Shown here one piece after another: positions 63,801-64,000 of a stretch of DNA of 64,000 bases. The DNA comes from Camelus dromedarius (taxonomy: Eukaryota). The position numbers were made by a program, and so were the translations under genes. The notes below the pieces were generated by a model. The model was given only the letters and a program-made list of their open reading frames with translations. It searched no databases and had not been told where the DNA came from. Each line of letters opens with the position of its first letter. Within the stretch, counting starts at the first letter, position 1. The stretch spans positions 90,646,001-90,710,000 of the forward strand of contig NC_087436.1 in assembly GCF_036321535.1 (NCBI RefSeq), given 5' to 3'.

Positions 63801-64000
63801 GACATTAGTCTTAGCAATATCTTTCTGTATGTCTCCTCAGGCAAGGAAAACAAAACCAAAAATAAACAAATGGGAATACACTGAAAAAAAGCTCTGCACA
63901 GCAAAGGAAACCATCAACAAAATGAATAGATTACCTACCAAACAGGAAAGATACCTGTAAATCATCTATCCAATAAGGAGTTAATATTCAAAATATATAA
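60898..64000 (+). pseudogene. Disrupted L1 ORF2 (EN-RT)
   Basis: ORF fragments 60904-61098 and 61356-61613 are recognisable L1 EN segments; the expected ATG appears as ATA; many stops. Confidence 0.85.

Larger units (their letters stand above)
58678..64000 (+). mobile_element. Near-full-length L1 (5'UTR, ORF1, ORF2), inactive; runs off the window end
   Basis: 5' start cagcatcatggtgg (YY1-like), GC-richer 5'UTR to ~59500, ORF1 motif ENFPNLGKEMDIQVHEA at ~60024-60074, ORF2 EN ITLN..VLNSPIKRHRV.GWIKKQDP, RT gcagatgacatg (ADDM) at ~62969. Confidence 0.95.

Noticed and set aside
60898..64000. Active L1 or intact reverse transcriptase gene
   Set aside because: Numerous stops and frameshifts in both ORFs

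Overview
AT-rich, CpG-poor mammalian non-coding DNA, almost certainly from a camelid (alpaca, vicuna or camel), because it carries four tRNA-Ala-derived SINEs of the Vic-1 type. I find no host protein-coding gene. The ORF-track entries are microsatellite translations, degenerate L1 fragments or chance ORFs. Roughly half of the window is transposon-derived: L1s (including a ~12 kb stack at 52.3-64 kb that ends in a near-full-length dead L1), L2, MIR, MaLR/ERVL LTRs, an ERVL internal fragment with a dUTPase remnant, and hAT MITEs. I do not see a novel multi-gene system. The most noteworthy observations are: (1) a poly(A)-tailed, TSD-flanked retrocopy of an ERV LTR-end + tRNA-His PBS inserted into an L1 RT domain; (2) a TSD-flanked, poly(A)-tailed antisense L1 endonuclease fragment; (3) a dense ISRE/EICE/NF-kB motif cluster at 43.6-44.1 kb; (4) a MER53 hairpin nearly identical to mature miR-1302, with a duplicated core; and (5) an L1 strand bias plus exon-like segments that hint at a minus-strand host transcript. 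Repeat family names come from my recall of consensus sequences, not from a database search. Boundaries without a TSD are approximate.
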